Below are positions 58,434 through 64,000 of a DNA stretch of 64,000 bases, one piece after another. A program made the translations under genes and the position numbers. Within the stretch, counting starts at the first letter, position 1. Each line of letters begins with the position of its first letter. Below the pieces are notes generated by a model. It was not told where the DNA came from. It did not search any database and saw only the letters and a program-made list of their open reading frames with translations. This stretch comes from Candidatus Pacearchaeota archaeon UBA73 (GTDB taxonomy: Archaea; Nanobdellota; Nanobdellia; Pacearchaeales; GW2011-AR1). The stretch covers positions 7,403-71,402 of the forward strand of contig DAIF01000006.1 of the NCBI GenBank assembly GCA_002496015.1. The letters are read 5' to 3'.

Positions 58434-58655
58434 TTATACAATCTTCTTGCCGGTTTCGTCGTAGATTTCAATCGCATGGGCGGGGCAGGATTTGGCGGCT
58501 TTGACTTGTTTGTCTAGTTCTTCGTCAGCGAATTCTTTTTTTAACTGAACGGCTAGGCCCTCGTCATCAAGCTTCCATGTATCCGGAGCGAACTTAACGC
58601 AAGATGCTGCACCGATACATTTGCTTCTGTCATATTTTATTGTATATTTTGCCAT
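58434..58655 (-). CDS. ferredoxin (single cluster, probably 3Fe-4S)
   Basis: CIGAASC...CPAHAI. Confidence 0.9.
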   Translation of the reverse strand: MAKYTIKYDRSKCIGAASCVKFAPDTWKLDDEGLAVQLKKEFADEELDKQVKAAKSCPAHAIEIYDETGKKIV

Positions 58656-58659
58656 CTTT

Positions 58660-59232
58660 TTATTTTTGGTCTTCTAGTGAACCGTAATCAGTATAATTCG
58701 GAGAGTTTTTAATTCTTTTGATGATGTTTATCGCGGCGTGGCAGCCGTCGCCGACGTCTTTGGCGATTTGGCGGGTGCGGGTGCAGCAGTTTCCTGCGGC
58801 GTAGACTTTTTCGTGAGAAGTTTGGTTGTCACAGTTAACTTTTATTAACTTGTCTTCTGTCTTGAGGTTTAGCGAATTTGCAAAATCGATTGAGGAGAGC
58901 ATTCCGCAGGCGATGATGATGTAGTCTGAAGTGTGAGACAGACCTCCGCTAAAGAAAACTTCTAATTTGTCTTTTTTCTGGATTATCTTCGTTGCGTTTG
59001 TTTGTATCATCGAGGCGCCGGCTTGCTTTGCTTGTTTTGTTCCGGAGCGGAGCAGCTCGCGTCCGGTTACCCTGTCGGGGAAGCCCAAATAATTCTCGAT
59101 TTCGAACGCTGAGGTTAGCTGAGAAGTTTTTTGATCGCCCAGAACGAGCGTATTCAGGTTGGCGCGGGCGAGATAGATTGCCGCGGAGAGTCCTGCTACT
59201 CCCGAGCCAATGATTATGACATCATAGTGCAT
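58660..59232 (-). CDS. short thioredoxin-reductase-like flavoprotein
   Basis: GSGVAG, IENYLGF and VYAAG...QIA...GDG motifs; only 190 aa. Confidence 0.8.
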   Translation of the reverse strand: MHYDVIIIGSGVAGLSAAIYLARANLNTLVLGDQKTSQLTSAFEIENYLGFPDRVTGRELLRSGTKQAKQAGASMIQTNATKIIQKKDKLEVFFSGGLSHTSDYIIIACGMLSSIDFANSLNLKTEDKLIKVNCDNQTSHEKVYAAGNCCTRTRQIAKDVGDGCHAAINIIKRIKNSPNYTDYGSLEDQK

Positions 59233-59325
59233 TTTTAAAAGATGAAATATGGGTTATTAAGGTTTAGGTTAACGGACGTTGTTGTCATGGTTTCTTGACA
59301 TTCTGGCTTTTCAACAAAGCGGAAG

Positions 59326-59609
59326 AGTTCTGTTCTTTCCGAAATGTCTTACTCGCGGTCACGCGCGGATTTGTTGGGAGTAATTTGGATGTTGGAGGCG
59401 GGTAAAAATTGGACTTGCCGCTTTCATAACAATAACAAACTATTTTTGTTCTTAAATTGGACTTGCCGCTTTCGAGAGGTGCAAGTCAAATAATAGGCAA
59501 CTTCGCTTTTTCTTAAATTGGACGCCCTTCTTAGCGACTGGCGTCTTAATAATAGCCGCTCGCTGCGCTCGCTTGTTGCTCGGTGCGTTTTGGTTTTTTC
59601 AGCAGAGCC
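59326..59609 (+). mobile_element. MITE-like element, subfamily II
   Basis: Left end AGTTCTGTT-CTTTCCGAAATGTC; right end TTTTCAGCAGAGCC; AATTGGACTTGCCG x2 and GCAAGTCAAATAATAG shared with the 9325 copy. Confidence 0.75.
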
Positions 59610-59681
59610 GGTTCGTGACGCGCCCGCTCTTTCGCCTCAATATTCGGAAAATCAACAAACTCCGGACAGAGTTATATTAAG

Positions 59682-59879
59682 GGTTCTGTTGAAAATCTCT
59701 CTTGCGCAGGTTTCAGACTCCCACTTTGGATTTCTCCTATGGAGAAAAACCCGCCCTGTCCGCCACCCCGCCCTTCTGCTCGCAGCCACGCTCGAAATTA
59801 ATCAACCTTTGCACTCGCGTAACGTGCTCGCCCCAAAATTTAGTAAACCTGCTAATTCTGACTTTTTTCAACAGAGTCC
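59682..59879 (+). mobile_element. MITE-like element, subfamily I
   Basis: GGTTCTGTTGAAAA...TTTTCAACAGAGTC; blocks near-identical to the 39051 copy; no target duplication seen. Confidence 0.85.
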
Positions 59880-59962
59880 CGGCTTCAATAAATTTATATA
59901 TATTCCGGACGTGTTTTGGGGGAAGGAGGGAAATGGCATTAAGTCCGTTTTGTTTATAAAAA

Positions 59963-60529
59963 ATGGTGCACTGGCTTGAGGTTGAGACTAAGGTTAAGGT
60001 AGGAGATGTTGAAGGTTTGCGGGAGAAGATAAAGAAGATTGCGGTATTGAATAAGAAAGAAACTCGGGGAGATTATTATTTTGCCTTGCGGAAAGATGAA
60101 TATCCCCGGAAAGCTTTCAGGATAAGGTTTGATGGGAAGAAGTATGTTGTTAATTTTAAAAGGCCCCTGAAGCGGTTTTCTAAAAGTTCGGTTGTTGTTA
60201 AGGAAGAGTATGAATTCGAGCTGAACGATGTGAGACATATCGATAATTTTCTTGCTTTGCTGAAGGAGTTTGGATTTAAGAAATGGGTAAAGAAGAAGAA
60301 ATTAACGGAGAGTTATTCTTATAAAAAAGACGGGAATATTACGATTGAACTCAGCAAGGTGGAGCATCTGGGAAATTATATGGAAATTGAGTGTCTTGTG
60401 GAGCCGCGGAAGCTGAACTCAGCAAGGAAGAAGATTTTTGAGATCCTTAAAATTTTAGGTGTGAATGAAACGGACGTTGATAACACCGGTTACACGAAAG
60501 CTCTCTGGAAAAAAGGATTTAAAATATGA
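59963..60529 (+). CDS. cyaB: CYTH-domain protein (class IV adenylate cyclase / triphosphate tunnel metalloenzyme)
   Basis: EVETK, DYYF, FRIR, EEYEF and LGNYMEIE motifs. Confidence 0.85.
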   Translation: MVHWLEVETKVKVGDVEGLREKIKKIAVLNKKETRGDYYFALRKDEYPRKAFRIRFDGKKYVVNFKRPLKRFSKSSVVVKEEYEFELNDVRHIDNFLALLKEFGFKKWVKKKKLTESYSYKKDGNITIELSKVEHLGNYMEIECLVEPRKLNSARKKIFEILKILGVNETDVDNTGYTKALWKKGFKI

Positions 60530-62430
60530 AACAAGATTTTTCGAGAAAGGTTTATTGGCCCAGTAAAAAAGTTAGCCGGGAAGCATGGGTTAATCGGGAG
60601 TCTGTTTATGTGGCGGCTGAGAGGAATCCTCTGAAGTTTTGGGAAGGGCAAGCCGAGAATCTTGCGTGGTTTAAGAAATGGAGAAAAGTTTTTGTGCAAG
60701 GACCGAACGGATTTAAGTGGTTTGTCGGGGGGAAGCTGAATATGAGTTATAATTGTCTTGAGAGGAATATTTCCGCGGGCTTGGGGAATAAGGTCGCCTT
60801 AAGGTGGATTCCTGAACCGAAAAATGAAAAAATTGTTGAACTTAGTTATCGTGAGCTTTTGGAGAAGACTAATCGGTTTGCGAACGCTTTGAGAAGGTTG
60901 GGCGTGAAGAAAGGAGATGTGGTCGGAATATATTTACCGATGATTCCGGAGGCCGTGATTTCGATGCTTGCTTGTGCCCGTATAGGGGCGGTGCATATTG
61001 TGATATTTTCTGCATTTGCTTCAGATGGTTTGAATCAACGGCTGAAGGTAACTCGCGCAAAGGTATTGATAACTTCAGATGGATATTACAGAAAGGGCAG
61101 TAAGATTGATTTAATTGAGAAAGTTTCTGCGGGAATTGAAGGAACTAATATCAAGAAGGTCATTTGTGTCGGGCGGCAGGGGTTCGGGAGAAATAGACGC
61201 GGCTGGATATCATTTGAGGGATTGTTAAAGAATGAAAGTGATATGTGCGAGGTTGAAGAAATGGATTCTGAGGATTTGTTTTTTATTTTGCCGGAGAGCG
61301 GGACCGGTGGGGAGTTTATCCCGATAATGCACACGTGCGGCGGATATGCTGTTCAAGCGCTTACGAGCGGGAGGTTTGTTTTTGATTTTCATGAAGGTGA
61401 TGTTTATTGGTGTACCGGCGATATCGGGTGGATAACTGGGCACACTTACGGAGTTTATTCTCCTCTTTTGAATGGGGTTACTTCTGTTTTTTATGAGGGT
61501 GCCTTGAATTATCCGAATAAGGAAAGATGGGCCGAAATAATCGAGGAAAACCATGTTAATATTTTTTATACTTCTCCGACGGCGGTGAGAATGTTTGAGC
61601 AGGAAGCCGGCAGGAAAATTGATTCATTTTTGTTTAAGAATCTGAAAGTTATTGCGACTGTTGGTGAGCCGATTGATGAATATGCCTGGAAGTGGTTTTT
61701 CGAAAAAATCGGGAAGAAGAAGGCGAGTGTTTTGGATACTTACTGGCAGACGGAGACCGGCGGGGTTGTGATTAGCTCGCTGCCAGGGGTTGGACCATTC
61801 AGACCGACGTTTGCCGGGAGAGTTTTTCCGGGCGTGAAAGTTGGAATTTTGAATGAACGCGGGGGAAGGACTAAATTGAATGAGACCGGAAAGCTTGTGA
61901 TGTTTTCTCCTTTTTGTCCGGGAATGATGAGAGGGGTTTACAGAGATGAGAAAAGATATCGACGGTATTTCGCTAAGGGAATGAAGGTTTATTCGCTGGA
62001 TGATCTGGCGTTTAAATGTCCTGATGGGATGATTAAAATTGTTGGAAGGGCTGATGATTTGATTAAGATCTCAGGGCACAGAATGTCGACTGTGGAAATT
62101 GAAAATGCTGTGAGCTCTCTGTCTGGGATTGAGGAGTGTGCGATTGTTGGCAGGAGCGATACATTGAAGGGAACGGTGCCAGTGGTTTTTGTTAAGGCGA
62201 AATCAGGAATCACGGAAGAGCAGATTGTCCGACGGATTGTGGAGAAGGTCGGTCCGATTGCGAAACCGAGCAGGGTTTATTTCGTGGAGGATCTGCCTAA
62301 GACGAAGAGCGGGAAGATTGTGCGGGGGATTTTGAGGAAGTTGGTGGAGGGGGAGGAGGCAGTGGACGTGGATGTATTGAGTAATCCGGAGAGTTTGGCA
62401 GGGATTAGGAAATTGATTAAAGAAGATTAG
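60526..62430 (+). CDS. acs: acetyl-CoA synthetase-like AMP-binding enzyme (atypical motifs)
   Basis: MLACARIGAVH, DIGWITGH, DTYWQTE, GRADD and LPKTKSGK motifs. Confidence 0.82.
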   Translation: MKQDFSRKVYWPSKKVSREAWVNRESVYVAAERNPLKFWEGQAENLAWFKKWRKVFVQGPNGFKWFVGGKLNMSYNCLERNISAGLGNKVALRWIPEPKNEKIVELSYRELLEKTNRFANALRRLGVKKGDVVGIYLPMIPEAVISMLACARIGAVHIVIFSAFASDGLNQRLKVTRAKVLITSDGYYRKGSKIDLIEKVSAGIEGTNIKKVICVGRQGFGRNRRGWISFEGLLKNESDMCEVEEMDSEDLFFILPESGTGGEFIPIMHTCGGYAVQALTSGRFVFDFHEGDVYWCTGDIGWITGHTYGVYSPLLNGVTSVFYEGALNYPNKERWAEIIEENHVNIFYTSPTAVRMFEQEAGRKIDSFLFKNLKVIATVGEPIDEYAWKWFFEKIGKKKASVLDTYWQTETGGVVISSLPGVGPFRPTFAGRVFPGVKVGILNERGGRTKLNETGKLVMFSPFCPGMMRGVYRDEKRYRRYFAKGMKVYSLDDLAFKCPDGMIKIVGRADDLIKISGHRMSTVEIENAVSSLSGIEECAIVGRSDTLKGTVPVVFVKAKSGITEEQIVRRIVEKVGPIAKPSRVYFVEDLPKTKSGKIVRGILRKLVEGEEAVDVDVLSNPESLAGIRKLIKED

Positions 62431-62771
62431 CAAATTTCCCGACAATTCCATTGGCCTGTTTGTTGGGCGTTGAAAATTGCCTTGCAGTCAGGGGTTGTGG
62501 TGACGACCTTACAGGAAAAGGTTGTGCCGTCGCGATGATGATAGATTGTGCCGTCGCTTGATAAAGAGGTTTTAACTTCTATTACTTGATTGTTACAGAT
62601 TGAGACGGATTCTACGTTTGTCTGGTCGCAAAATTCCAGTGCCCTGTTTTCTAATGTAAGTTTCCGTGAATTTGATGAGGTTTGGATGTAAAGGATTAGT
62701 AGGACGATGATAGCAAGAATGAGGATGATTATTGTGATAATTGAACGAATGAATTTGTTTCTTTCTTTCAT
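62427..62771 (-). CDS. small membrane-anchored Cys-containing protein
   Basis: N-terminal TM; six Cys. Confidence 0.65.
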   Translation of the reverse strand: MKERNKFIRSIITIIILILAIIVLLILYIQTSSNSRKLTLENRALEFCDQTNVESVSICNNQVIEVKTSLSSDGTIYHHRDGTTFSCKVVTTTPDCKAIFNAQQTGQWNCREIC

Positions 62772-62857
62772 TTTATTGAAAATGGAAAGATGTTTATAAG
62801 ATTATTGTTCTATTTTGTGAGCGCAAACTATAAATTGACAGTTTGTGATGTTAAATT

Positions 62858-63673
62858 ATGCCAGGAAAGAAAAAGCAAAAAAAGGAGAAGAGCGAAGAGC
62901 GAAATTTATTCCTGAGTGTATTGTGGTTTATAATCCGGATTCCGTATTTTATTGTCAAGGGTATTATCTGGCTTGTCAGGCGGTTTAGGCGGGAGAGGCA
63001 GGAGAAAATTGTCGAGGAGGTGCGAGAGGCGAGAGGGGCGAAGTACGAGGATTTTGTGGTTCTTGAAAGCGAGGCTGGAAGCTTGTTCGACTGGGAAAAG
63101 AAAATTCAGACTAAGAATAAGATTGGGATTATTCTTGGCTCCAGAGGGTCTGGGAAGACAGCGTTTGGGGTTAAGTTAATGGAAAATATTTACGCGAAGA
63201 CAAAGAAGAAATGCTTTGCAATGGGATTCAAGAGCGAGGATTTACCTTCTTGGATTACTGCTGTTGCGAACATAAATGAGATTCATAATGATTCAATCGT
63301 TTTAGTGGATGAAGGGGGTATTTTCTTTAGTTCGAGGGATTCTATGTCGATTGCAAATAAGCTTCTTTCGGATTTGATTTTTATTTCAAGGCACAAGAAT
63401 TTGACAATTCTTTTTATCTCACAGAATTCTTCTAATTTGGATGTGAATATTATCCGGCAGGCAGACTTTTTGGTGCTGAAGCCTTCGTCTTTACTGCAGA
63501 AGGATTTTGAAAGAAAGATAATCAGAAATCTTTATGTTGAGCTTGAATCCAAGTTTAAGAAATATAAACTGAAGAACGGACTAACTTATATCTATTCAGA
63601 TGATTTTAGAGGATTTGTGACGAATCCTTTGCCGTCGTTTTGGTCGCAGAAGCTAAGCACGAGTTTTAGGTAA
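62858..63673 (+). CDS. membrane-anchored P-loop ATPase (Zot/FtsK-HerA-like)
   Basis: GSRGSGKT, VLVDEG, SRH...ISQ and IIRQ motifs. Confidence 0.75.
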   Translation: MPGKKKQKKEKSEERNLFLSVLWFIIRIPYFIVKGIIWLVRRFRRERQEKIVEEVREARGAKYEDFVVLESEAGSLFDWEKKIQTKNKIGIILGSRGSGKTAFGVKLMENIYAKTKKKCFAMGFKSEDLPSWITAVANINEIHNDSIVLVDEGGIFFSSRDSMSIANKLLSDLIFISRHKNLTILFISQNSSNLDVNIIRQADFLVLKPSSLLQKDFERKIIRNLYVELESKFKKYKLKNGLTYIYSDDFRGFVTNPLPSFWSQKLSTSFR

Positions 63674-64000
63674 TTATTCTCTGAGAATTACTACATTTGT
63701 CATTCCTCTGCGTTTTCTTTCTATTAATTCGCGGTTTTCAAGCCGGTCGAGAATTCTTGACATTTTAGCTTTGCCGAAGCCGAGTTTATCTGTTAGGTCT
63801 GCTTGGAAGATTGTTTTTGATTCTCGTATAAGGTCGAAGACCTGTTTGTCTTCTTTTCTTAATCCTTCTACGTTAAATTGTTTTTTAGGGATTTTTTCTT
63901 TTATTCTTTTGACGATTATTTTTTCCTTTGGTTTTGTTGTTATGAGAACTACCGAGGCGATGATTAGAATAGCGACGATTCCGAACGAGAGATAGGTTTG
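63674..64000 (-). CDS. membrane protein with C-terminal winged helix (MarR-like), 5'-partial
   Basis: Hand translation ...IFQADLTDKLGFGKAKMSRILDRLENRELIERKRRGMTNVVILRE*. Confidence 0.8.
   Translation of the reverse strand, partial: QTYLSFGIVAILIIASVVLITTKPKEKIIVKRIKEKIPKKQFNVEGLRKEDKQVFDLIRESKTIFQADLTDKLGFGKAKMSRILDRLENRELIERKRRGMTNVVILRE

Noticed and set aside
406-59879. Diversity-generating retroelement (TR/VR pairs) as the source of the near-identical repeats
   Set aside because: No reverse transcriptase is seen; differences are not adenine-specific; the repeats are intergenic with TIRs

Overview
Chromosomal segment of a reduced-genome DPANN archaeon, most likely Pacearchaeota/Woesearchaeota-like. 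This is inferred from the archaeal TFE, RpoL, RadB, split Hef, archaeal TyrS/GlyRS and many class III signal-peptide genes. Contents: housekeeping genes, 3 tRNAs (Arg-TCT, Cys-GCA, Ala-GGC), a minimal group 3b-like [NiFe]-hydrogenase cluster, an MNT-HEPN pair, and a very large type IV pilus-like system (TadC-like platform, prepilin peptidase, 16 pilin-like genes including an 11-gene array, a vWA adhesin and a pilin ending in a dockerin-like domain). Main non-coding signals: (i) a dense family of non-autonomous elements with GG(C/T)TCTGTTGAAAA terminal inverted repeats, 9-bp target duplications and modular, hairpin-rich interiors; (ii) about six reversals of strand G/C skew, independent of gene orientation, that fall at or next to these elements or their end motifs; (iii) two hairpin units upstream of tRNA-Cys, each starting with the first 14 nt of the tRNA. 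All calls come from reading motifs by eye; no database search or skew computation was run.
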